Shown one piece after another: positions 47,286 through 55,775 of a DNA stretch of 64,000 nucleotides. The DNA lies in contig CAWCNJ010000004.1 of the NCBI GenBank assembly GCA_963796955.1, positions 128,001 through 192,000 on the forward strand, given 5' to 3'. This DNA comes from Endomicrobiales bacterium (lineage in GTDB: Bacteria; Elusimicrobiota; Endomicrobiia; Endomicrobiales; JALOBY01). Position numbers and translations under genes: made by a program. Each line of letters opens with the position of its first letter. The stretch's first letter is position 1. Below the pieces are notes generated by a model, which was not told where the DNA came from, did no database searches, and saw only the letters and a program-made list of their open reading frames with translations.

Positions 47286-48923
47286 ATGAAAAAGAAACTG
47301 GCAACCACCAATCTCATAGCGATCTTCAAGTCTCTGGCCTGCTGCGCCAAAGCGCTTGTGGTGGTTTGCGTTGTTCTCTTCGGACTTCTGATTTCGGACT
47401 CTGGACTGGTGTATGCCGACAACACCGGCGGCCAGGCTGGCCAGTTCCTTGCCTGGGGCGCCGGAGCCCGTTCTCTGGGGATGGGCGCGGCCTTCTTCGC
47501 TGTAGCTAATGACGCATCGGCAACATACTGGAACCCCGCCGGGCTGCCGCAGCTGGACCGCAAGGAGCTTATGGCGCTGCACGTAACGTTGTTCGCCGAT
47601 ACGACCTACGATTTTATTTCTTACGTACATCCGACGCCGAACCTGGGCGTTTTCGGTATAAACCTGACCCGTTTATATTCCACGGGATTTGAAAAAGTTA
47701 ACATCACGTTTGATTCCACAAAGACCGACATCGTCGACATTCAAAGCATGGGAACATTTGATGATTCCCAGACCGCCCTTACCCTGGCGTACGGCAAGAA
47801 TATCCGCGACGGCATTGCGATCGGCGGTTCGTTCAAGTATATAACCCACACGCTGGATACCTCAACGAACGGATTCGCTACCTTCGACGTAACATCGCTG
47901 GTGACCGGCGTAACTTCGGCGCTGCCGGACATGAAGATGGCCTTCGGCATAAACAACATCATGAGCAGCGCTTTCGGCGACACGGAAGACAAACTGCCGA
48001 TGATACTTCGCGCAGGCATTTCGCAGCCGTTCCTGAAGAACAAGCTGCTGCTTGCGGCCGATATGAACAAAGGCATGAGCTCGGACATGGAGTGGCACCT
48101 GGGCACCGAATACTGGCTGCTGAATTTCGCAGCATTGCGCGTGGGCTTTAAAGGCCAGCAGGGCATCAGCGAAACAACGGCCGGATTCGGTCTGAGATAC
48201 CGCGATTACGGATTTGACTATTCTTTCGGGCTGACGGATCTGGGTATGTCGCAGCGGGTGAGCGGTTCCTGGCGCTTCGGCCTCTCCGTGAACCAGAACA
48301 AGGAAGCCCTGGTTCGCCGCTACATTCAGGAAGGCATGGAAGCATACACCAAGGGTAATTTCCTTCTTGCGCTGAATCGCATGGAAGCGGCTCTTGACAT
48401 AGACCCGTCCAACAAGGACGTCCAGAAAATGTCTAAACGTCTGCAGATGGTCATAGGCTTTATACCGTCCGCCAAAGCTGAGAACGAGGAAGAGACGGCT
48501 ATCCGCAAGGGTGTGGCCGCCTTCACCGAGAACGATGACAAGGGCGCCATAAACGCCTTGCGCTACGCCTATTACAAGAACCCCGCGAACCTGAAAGTGC
48601 TGCACCTGTTGAACGCTATGGAAAAAGAAATGGGTATCAGTATCACACCGGTATATAAGGAAGAGGCGGCCGGCTTTACCATGCTGGATCAGAAAATTTA
48701 TGATGCGCGCCAGGCTATTATTGAAGGTAAATATGATCAGGCGCTGATCAAGTGCCAGGATATAATGAACCTGGAGCCGGAAAACGTGACCGCACTTGAA
48801 ATGATGGGTTCTGCCTTCTTCATGATGGACCAGCCGGAAAAGGCGAAGCAGGTATGGATGAAAGTGCTTGAGATAGATCCGTCGAACAAGGTGGTACCTG
48901 AGTTCCTTAATCAGTTGAAGTAA
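47286..48923 (+). CDS. PorV/PorQ-family beta-barrel fused to C-terminal TPR repeats
   Basis: FLAWGAGARSLGMGAA...NDASATYWNPAGL; barrel ends ...DYSF...QRVSGSWRF; then about 200 aa of TPR-like helices (ALDIDPSN, LEPEN, LEIDPSN). Confidence 0.87.
   Translation: MKKKLATTNLIAIFKSLACCAKALVVVCVVLFGLLISDSGLVYADNTGGQAGQFLAWGAGARSLGMGAAFFAVANDASATYWNPAGLPQLDRKELMALHVTLFADTTYDFISYVHPTPNLGVFGINLTRLYSTGFEKVNITFDSTKTDIVDIQSMGTFDDSQTALTLAYGKNIRDGIAIGGSFKYITHTLDTSTNGFATFDVTSLVTGVTSALPDMKMAFGINNIMSSAFGDTEDKLPMILRAGISQPFLKNKLLLAADMNKGMSSDMEWHLGTEYWLLNFAALRVGFKGQQGISETTAGFGLRYRDYGFDYSFGLTDLGMSQRVSGSWRFGLSVNQNKEALVRRYIQEGMEAYTKGNFLLALNRMEAALDIDPSNKDVQKMSKRLQMVIGFIPSAKAENEEETAIRKGVAAFTENDDKGAINALRYAYYKNPANLKVLHLLNAMEKEMGISITPVYKEEAAGFTMLDQKIYDARQAIIEGKYDQALIKCQDIMNLEPENVTALEMMGSAFFMMDQPEKAKQVWMKVLEIDPSNKVVPEFLNQLK
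47379..47408 (+). repeat. 4 degenerate heptamers (TTCGGAC-like) inside a signal-peptide coding region
   Basis: TTCGGAC TTCTGAT TTCGGAC TCTGGAC; reverse complement of the aptamer-2 loop repeat. Confidence 0.75.
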
Positions 48924-48996
48924 AATATAAGAGTATCTAAAAGGATCTGGTTTAAAAAGATGCAACAGCTTACAAAAGTTTTTAAACAAAACACGC

Positions 48997-49041
48997 TGAA
49001 AAGCCCGACACTCTGTGAAAAAACAGGGAGCCGGCTTTTCA
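48997..49041 (+). other. Intergenic hairpin between PorV-TPR and the FliF-FliG gene
   Basis: TGAAAAGCC...GGCTTTTCA outer stem with CTCTGT/ACAGGG inner stem; function unclear. Confidence 0.5.
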
Positions 49042-49073
49042 TTGCCTTATACCATATTCAACAGGAGCTCATT

Positions 49074-50843
49074 ATGAAATTGGTCGCGCGGGCGCTGTTC
49101 TTCTGTCTGCTGGTGCTGATGCCGGCCTTTGCCGCATCCACCGACAACAGCGGCGGGGGTAAGACCGCCGAGATTTCATTGCTTGAACAGGAATCAAAAT
49201 TTGAGAAAGACAAGTCGGACTATCTTCAGCAGAACGTGGTAGACAAGATACTGGGGCCCGGCAACGCCGTGGTGATCGTTGACGTGGAGCTGGGCATAGA
49301 GACCAAAGTTACGAACCAGGGCGCGAAAGAGAAAAAAACCGAGCGCAAGAAGCGCCTCGGTGAAGTGGAATATCTGCTGCCCGGCGTGCCGAACCCGAAG
49401 TCTGTCGCGAACGAATCCCAGCCGGGCGAATCGAAAGAAGAGACGGGAGCCGCGGAAGAAACGAAAACAGAATCAAAAACGGTCATAAAGAAGCTGCAGG
49501 TAACGGTGCTTTACGATGAAAAAATAGTCCAGGAGAAACTGGATACCGTTAAAGAAGCTATTATAAATTTCCTTAAGCTGGACCCGAAGCGCGGCGACAA
49601 GATAGAGTTCAAGAAAACAAAATTCACCAGCGGATTCTTCGAAGAAATGATGAAGCCGCTGATACTGATTCCTCTTATCATAGCGCTGCTGGTATTGTTC
49701 TTTCTGTTCGGGCCGTTGGCCAGTTTTTTCCGCAATTATGTGCGTACGCTTGCTGAACACGGCGGAACAGAAGTTACCGTCGACTCAAAATTTGAAGGTG
49801 ATAAGGGCGATGAGGAAGGAGCCGGTGGCGCAGGCGGCGGTGGCGTGGGAGAAGGCATTCTCGGCGAAGGCGACGGTAAGAAATATATACCTTTTGAATA
49901 TATAAACGATGACAATCTGAAAAGGCTTGTCTATCTGGTAAAGCGCGAGCCGCCTGAAACGATATCGCTGGTGGTCAGCTACCTGAAGCCCGAGTACGTT
50001 AAGGAACTGCTGAACGCCCTGACACCGGAACTGCAGGCGAAGGTGGCCACCGAAATGGCGACGATCCGCTCGCTGGACATGGATGATGTTCAGAAAGTGG
50101 ATAACTACATAAAGGAAAAGATAGAGTTCCTTATCGGCGGATTGTATCACCTGCTTAACGTGCTTGATAAAGTAGACCCGATCACGCAGTCCAATATATT
50201 CGAATACCTTAAGAATGAAAAACCGGACCTGTATGAAATGGTGCGGAAATTCGTGCTGATGTTCGACGATATACCCAATTTCCCGGACCAGGCGATGCAG
50301 GTGATAATCCGCGAGCTTAAGACCCAGGATATGGCGAAAGCACTGCGCAACGCCGAGCCCGAGATCATGAACAAATTCCTTGCCAATATGTCGACGAACG
50401 CTTCCGCCATTTTAAAAGAAGAAATGGAGTACGGCAGGCCCCTTACCGATGCCGAGGTTGAGGAAGGCCGCAAACAGCTGATGGATGTGGTAAAGAAGCT
50501 GGAGGCGGAGAACAAAATATTCCTGCGCGAAAAGCCGAAGTCCGGCGTGCTGGAAGGCCTGGAGGCCGGTAGCAACGATAACACCAGCTACAACGAATAT
50601 TATCAGGCAGGCGTGGGTTCTTATGAAGCGGGGGAGTACGACGCGGCCTTGCCTTACCTTGAATACTGCACACAGCTGGATCCTACACAGCCGGCGGGCT
50701 TTCAATATCTGGGCGCTGCATATTACGCGCTTGGGCGTACCGCCGAAGCGGTAGCAGCGTACGAAAAAGTGGTTGAGCTGGACCCGACCAACGAAGAACT
50801 AAAAAACTGGCTTGCTTCGCAGAGCGCCAATAAACTCGCATAA
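49074..50843 (+). CDS. FliF C-terminal (RBM3/beta-collar)-TM-FliG middle + C-terminal domain-TPR fusion protein
   Basis: AGGAG RBS then MKLVARALFFCLLVLMPAFA; VDKILGPGNAVVIVDVEL, LPGVP, IKKLQVTVL, LDPKRGDKIEF (FliF-like); one TM helix; PFEY...EPPETISLVVSYL (FliG_M); GG...LMFDD...KFLANMS...LKEEMEY (FliG_C); TPRs. Confidence 0.85.
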   Translation: MKLVARALFFCLLVLMPAFAASTDNSGGGKTAEISLLEQESKFEKDKSDYLQQNVVDKILGPGNAVVIVDVELGIETKVTNQGAKEKKTERKKRLGEVEYLLPGVPNPKSVANESQPGESKEETGAAEETKTESKTVIKKLQVTVLYDEKIVQEKLDTVKEAIINFLKLDPKRGDKIEFKKTKFTSGFFEEMMKPLILIPLIIALLVLFFLFGPLASFFRNYVRTLAEHGGTEVTVDSKFEGDKGDEEGAGGAGGGGVGEGILGEGDGKKYIPFEYINDDNLKRLVYLVKREPPETISLVVSYLKPEYVKELLNALTPELQAKVATEMATIRSLDMDDVQKVDNYIKEKIEFLIGGLYHLLNVLDKVDPITQSNIFEYLKNEKPDLYEMVRKFVLMFDDIPNFPDQAMQVIIRELKTQDMAKALRNAEPEIMNKFLANMSTNASAILKEEMEYGRPLTDAEVEEGRKQLMDVVKKLEAENKIFLREKPKSGVLEGLEAGSNDNTSYNEYYQAGVGSYEAGEYDAALPYLEYCTQLDPTQPAGFQYLGAAYYALGRTAEAVAAYEKVVELDPTNEELKNWLASQSANKLA

Positions 50844-50866
50844 AAGTTACTTTGGGAGACCAAAAA

Positions 50867-53800
50867 ATGGACATCTTTAAAAACAAAAAACCGGCTGAAG
50901 GGACCAACCCCCAGGTGGAGACGCCACGGATGGCAGAGCCCCAGCCGCCAACCGCGCAGCCGCCCGTTCCGGTGATTTCCGACAGCCAGGCTATGGCCGA
51001 GGCCAGGGCCCGCGCGCGTGAACAGTTGAACCTTATGGAGCAAAAGATCGCTCAGGAGCGCGAAGCCTGGTCGCATAAAGTCAAGGAAAAGGCCGAAGAG
51101 CAGGTTTCCTGCAACGCGAAGCTGGATATGCTGGTAAATCGTATCGCTCTTGAACGCGAGCGCCATGAAGCGGAGCTTGTCCTTATGCAGCAGAGCATCG
51201 ACAACGATCTTAAGTCTATCGACGCGGCGCTGGAAGCTGAGACCGCAAAATGGACGGAGCGCCTTTCGTTGAAGGATAAGGATATTGAAGATGCCAGGCA
51301 CCGCTCGGCCTTTGAAGAGACCCAGAAGAAAATAGAGTCTGAACAATCCCTGCGCGCTCTTAAAGTTGAAAAAGACGCGCTGGAACAAAAATTCAAAAGC
51401 CTGCAGCGCTCCATGCTGGAAGAACAAAATAAGTGGCTCGGCCAGATACGGCTGAAAGAAGAAGAGATCGTAAACCTTAAAACACAGATCGCGTTGCACG
51501 AAGAACAGATGAAAACCGACGAAGAAAAGAACACGTTGACCAGGAAGGAGTCGGAAGAAAACTGGCATACGCAGATAAAGGAGCTGGAGGAGCGCCTGGA
51601 TACCCAGCGCACCGACTGGACCCGCGTGCTCGCGAAAAAAGAAGAAGAGCTTTCAGCCATCAAAACAACGCTGGAGCAAAAACTTTCCACCCTTGCGATA
51701 GAGACCGAGCGCAAAGAGAACGATATCCGCCTTCTCAAGACCCGCATGGAAGAACGCATCAAGGCCGCCGAAGAATCCCTGAACGGAGAGAACGCGCGCT
51801 GGCAGCAGCTGCTGGGAGAACGCGATGAGGAGTTTAAAAAACTGCGCGTGGAGCTGATGCTGCGCGACAGTCAGGAAAAAACCGAACGCCAGAAAAAATA
51901 TCAGGACCTTAAAGACGCCGAATCCACCGCCTCCCGCCGGATCCGCGAGGCGAAACAAAAACTGGAAGATGAAAAACAGGTCTGGCAAAAGCGTATAAAC
52001 GATAAAGATGAAGAGCTGAAGAACCTCAAGATCCAGGCCGAGCTTAAGCTGAAAGATATCCAGGACGACCGGGCACTCCGGCAGCGCCGCGCTGAGGAAG
52101 AAAAATCAGCGCTCTCAGCCACGCTCGCAAGCTTGCAGGAAAAACTTGAAGAAGAACGCGTTACTCTGCAAAAAAGCGTTGCGGAAAAAGACGCGGAGAT
52201 AGAAACCTGCCAGCAGCAGTGGCAAAATACGCACGATGCGATGACCCGGGAAGGCGAAGCTCACATCAAAGAGCTGCGGGCGCAAAAAGACAGTTATGAA
52301 AGAGAAGTGCTTGCCCTGGAAGCCCAGCTGGCCCAGGAAAAACAGAAATGGAATACATTGATTCAGGAAAAGGACAAGCAGCTCTCTGTCGCGCGCGCCG
52401 AATATAACGCCAGAGAAGCGCTGGTGCACCAGGAACTGAATATACTGGAAGAACAGTTGCGCAAAGAGCAGCAGCCGCTGCTGCGACAGGTGCACGATAT
52501 TGAAGGAAAAGTAGGGGAATTGCAGCGCGCCGCCCAGATAGAGATATCGCACCGCGAGACCCAGAAAAAATCGTTACAGGATCAATTTCAACGCCGCGAA
52601 GAGAATCTGCGCCAGCGCCTGAATATTCAAATAGAGAAGATCAAGGATTCGGAAAATTCTCTCGCGGGCCGTGTTGCCGAAATAAAGGCGCATATGGACG
52701 CGCAGGGAAAAGAGGCGCAGTCAAGGCTTGAGGCTCTCGAAGAAGAAGGACGTCTGATCTCCGGACAGATGTCGCAGGAACATGAGCGGATAGAGGCTGA
52801 GAAAGCCAAGTTGTCTGAAAAATATTTGTCTGCCAAACTGGAACTTGAAGAGAGTATTAAAAAACTGGAAAACGAATACGACCTGATGCATACGACCTTG
52901 CAAGCTGAAATAGAGGAAAAGACCTCGGAACTTGCCGGCGAAGAGACCCGTCTGCACGCTGCCGAAGAAAGGATCGCAAAAGAAACAGCACAGCGCGAAA
53001 AAGAGTTCGCGGACCTTAAGGCCCGCGGCGACAGCCAGCTGGCGCAGCTGAGCGGCGAACTGGAAGCGCTTAAGAAACGCAATGACACCGATATACGTTC
53101 CCAGGTCGCCCAGCTGGAACTGCTGCGGCGCCAGGGCGCGGCGCGTGAGCAGGAGATGGCGGCGGATATAGAGGTCATCAGGCAGAACTCCGAGTCGGAA
53201 TTGAAACCCATGGCGGACCGCAAGGAGCAGCTGCGCTCACAGCTGGATTCCCTGCGCGCGCAGTCACAGACGAAACTGAAAGCCATCGACGGGCGCATTA
53301 GCGCGCTTCGGGCGCAGCATGACGCTATCGAAAAAGAATTCCTGGGCAGAAAGAACGTCGTCACGGAATCAATAAACGGTGTACAACGTGACAGTGAAGG
53401 AAAACTCCGCGCGCTTCAAAACGAACGCACGGAGCTGGAAGCTGCGTTTGCCCGCGAAATGTTGTTGAAGGAAGAAGAATTCTCAGCTCTCGAAAAAGAA
53501 GTGAACGGGCATGTGCAATTATTACAGCAAAAGAAGGATGCGGAGCGCGAAGAAGCCCGTATGCAGATGGAAAGCATGCGCGCCGACATAGACAAACTGT
53601 ATGAAGAAGTCTCGCGGGTTGAGACGGAATACCCGGAAATACTGGCCACGCGCCAGGAAGAACTGGTTTCTCTTGAAAAACAGGTCAATGAACGCGCGCA
53701 ATATTATCAGAAACAAACCCTTCAGGCGGAAAAATCGCTTGAGAATTATCAGCGTCGGGCCGAAAGCCGCATAGAGACCGTCCGGACGCAGCTGGACCAG

Positions 53801-55753
53801 ATGGTGGCGCGCCATAAGACAGAACTGTCCGTGCTGGAAGCGAAAATAACGGCGGTAAAGAAACAAACGGAAGAAAAAGAGAAGGCGCTCAACGACGAAC
53901 AGAACCGCGAAGGCCGCGTCTTCGTGGATGAAAAATACCGTCTGGAAAAACAGAAGGCCGAGCTGGAAGAAAAATTGAAAGATGTGACCTTCACTTCACG
54001 CGATCAGATAGGGAAAAAGGAAAAAGAGATCTCCGCCCTGCAGCTGGACCTGGCCGCCAAAGAACGCCTGTGGGAAGAGGCATGGCAGAAGAAGGAAATG
54101 GAGTTGGAAGCCGAGCGCGTCGTGCTGACCAGGGAGCAGGAAAGCCTTGAAGTCCGCCTGAAGAACGAGGAACAGATCTCTTCCAGCCGTCTGGCCCAGA
54201 AAGAGAACGAGATACATCAATATATGGCGCAGGCGGAGACACGGCTTAAGGCCCTTGAAGCCGACATCGAAGCTAAACGCGGCGCCTGGGACGAATCTAA
54301 AAAAGCGCTGGTAGAACAAATAACCGCCCATGAAGCGACGCTTGCGACACTGCAGCAGAATTGGCGCGAGAGCATGGCACGCAAGGACAAAGAACATACC
54401 GCGTTGAAGTCCAACCTCGAGTTCTGGGAACTGCGCACCAAGACCGAAGAAGAAAAACGCATGGCGGACTGGGAGAAGGAAAAATTCTCCCTGGAAGAGA
54501 AAGTAAAACACGTTACGGAGCAGATCTCTTCGCTGCAGTACGATTCAGCGGCCAAACTGGCCGAACGTGAAAAACAGCTTAACTCCGACAAAGAATCGGC
54601 ACGGCTGGCGGAGGAATCATCCGCCGCGCAGTGGCGTGAGACCGAGACGATGCTGAGCGGCCAGCGCGATTCCCTGATGCAGGAAGTTTCATCGTGGGAA
54701 AAGAAGATCAAGGACGAGACCGCGCAATATGAAAAGGAAAGCCGGGAGCTGGACAAGGATATTGAAAAACTGAAGCTGGAAAGCGCCCTGAAAGATGCCG
54801 GCATCCAGGCGAGTCGCCACAAACTTGAACGCGACTGGTTCAAGGCGCTGCGCCGGCTGGAAGGGCAGCTGGAGACCGTGAGCCGCCGTTACATCGAAGA
54901 AAAAGATTCCTGGACGGGTAAGATCCACCTGATCGAGGAAGAGATAAATACCTTCAAGGTGCGTCTTGGCATGCGCGAAGACCGCCGCCAGGCCGAGATC
55001 ACACGGCGCCAGGATGAACTGCGCAAGATAATCAACGAACTGGAGAACGAAGTGAAGGGTATGTACGCCAGATACAGCGACGCGGTGCTCGGCAAGAAGG
55101 AGTGGGTGACCAAGCGCAGCCAGCAGCTGGCAGAGCTTCGTGCCCAGCTGGCCGAGAAAGAAACCGTATGGCAGCGCGAGCAGTCGGCGAAAGAAGCTTC
55201 GCTGACCGGTGTCTTCGAGCAGTTCGGCTCCGATCTGTCGGACATGGAAAAGTCGCTGAAGGAAGAAACCGGTAAATTCGAAAAGCTGCTGGGACTGAAA
55301 CAGAAACAATTACAGAATATTATGGCGCAGATGGCCGGCAAGGAAGAGGAGCTGGTGCGCGAGCGTGAATTCAGTCAGAACACCTTAAGCAAATTGCATA
55401 CGAAAGCCGCGGAATTCAAGCAGCAGATAGAAGCTGAGTTGCGGGCTTTGTCGGCGGGCAAACAGGAACAGCGCTCCCATGTGCATATTTTTGACGAGGC
55501 GATGGAGCTGTACTCTCAACAGAACTTTGGCGCCGCCCTTGAACGGCTGGAAGCCCTGGTGAGCCAGCATCCGCGTTTCCCCGGCGCCCTGCAATATATG
55601 GCGCTGTGCAGCTTCGAACAGGGAAAACTTGCCGAGGCGGTGCAGTTCGCCGAACGGGCCTTCGAGCTCGACGGCAGCAATGAGTCTCTCAAGGAATGGA
55701 TACTACAACTCAAACAAGCGGCACGTTCACATATATCAGATTCTAATAATTAA
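50867..55753 (+). CDS. Very long cytoplasmic coiled-coil protein (24 x 61-aa period) with C-terminal TPR
   Basis: GGAG RBS before ATG 50867; Pro-rich head; E/K/Q/R/L-rich rod; no signal peptide, TM helix or Walker A; FDEAMELY...ALQYMALC...AFELDGSN TPR tail. Confidence 0.88.
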   Translation: MDIFKNKKPAEGTNPQVETPRMAEPQPPTAQPPVPVISDSQAMAEARARAREQLNLMEQKIAQEREAWSHKVKEKAEEQVSCNAKLDMLVNRIALERERHEAELVLMQQSIDNDLKSIDAALEAETAKWTERLSLKDKDIEDARHRSAFEETQKKIESEQSLRALKVEKDALEQKFKSLQRSMLEEQNKWLGQIRLKEEEIVNLKTQIALHEEQMKTDEEKNTLTRKESEENWHTQIKELEERLDTQRTDWTRVLAKKEEELSAIKTTLEQKLSTLAIETERKENDIRLLKTRMEERIKAAEESLNGENARWQQLLGERDEEFKKLRVELMLRDSQEKTERQKKYQDLKDAESTASRRIREAKQKLEDEKQVWQKRINDKDEELKNLKIQAELKLKDIQDDRALRQRRAEEEKSALSATLASLQEKLEEERVTLQKSVAEKDAEIETCQQQWQNTHDAMTREGEAHIKELRAQKDSYEREVLALEAQLAQEKQKWNTLIQEKDKQLSVARAEYNAREALVHQELNILEEQLRKEQQPLLRQVHDIEGKVGELQRAAQIEISHRETQKKSLQDQFQRREENLRQRLNIQIEKIKDSENSLAGRVAEIKAHMDAQGKEAQSRLEALEEEGRLISGQMSQEHERIEAEKAKLSEKYLSAKLELEESIKKLENEYDLMHTTLQAEIEEKTSELAGEETRLHAAEERIAKETAQREKEFADLKARGDSQLAQLSGELEALKKRNDTDIRSQVAQLELLRRQGAAREQEMAADIEVIRQNSESELKPMADRKEQLRSQLDSLRAQSQTKLKAIDGRISALRAQHDAIEKEFLGRKNVVTESINGVQRDSEGKLRALQNERTELEAAFAREMLLKEEEFSALEKEVNGHVQLLQQKKDAEREEARMQMESMRADIDKLYEEVSRVETEYPEILATRQEELVSLEKQVNERAQYYQKQTLQAEKSLENYQRRAESRIETVRTQLDQMVARHKTELSVLEAKITAVKKQTEEKEKALNDEQNREGRVFVDEKYRLEKQKAELEEKLKDVTFTSRDQIGKKEKEISALQLDLAAKERLWEEAWQKKEMELEAERVVLTREQESLEVRLKNEEQISSSRLAQKENEIHQYMAQAETRLKALEADIEAKRGAWDESKKALVEQITAHEATLATLQQNWRESMARKDKEHTALKSNLEFWELRTKTEEEKRMADWEKEKFSLEEKVKHVTEQISSLQYDSAAKLAEREKQLNSDKESARLAEESSAAQWRETETMLSGQRDSLMQEVSSWEKKIKDETAQYEKESRELDKDIEKLKLESALKDAGIQASRHKLERDWFKALRRLEGQLETVSRRYIEEKDSWTGKIHLIEEEINTFKVRLGMREDRRQAEITRRQDELRKIINELENEVKGMYARYSDAVLGKKEWVTKRSQQLAELRAQLAEKETVWQREQSAKEASLTGVFEQFGSDLSDMEKSLKEETGKFEKLLGLKQKQLQNIMAQMAGKEEELVREREFSQNTLSKLHTKAAEFKQQIEAELRALSAGKQEQRSHVHIFDEAMELYSQQNFGAALERLEALVSQHPRFPGALQYMALCSFEQGKLAEAVQFAERAFELDGSNESLKEWILQLKQAARSHISDSNN

Positions 55754-55775
55754 CTAACCCTTCAGGGAGGATGTC

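Noticed and set aside
48960..49073. Upstream starts given in the ORF track (48960; likewise 40310 and 50852)
   Set aside because: Downstream starts at 49074, 40352 and 50867 have clear RBS motifs, and the first two give proper N-terminal signal peptides.
49074..50843. Ordinary fliF or fliG of a flagellar operon
   Set aside because: Lacks FliF RBM1/2 and FliG-N, has a signal peptide and TPR tail, and has no flagellar neighbours; gene symbol withheld.
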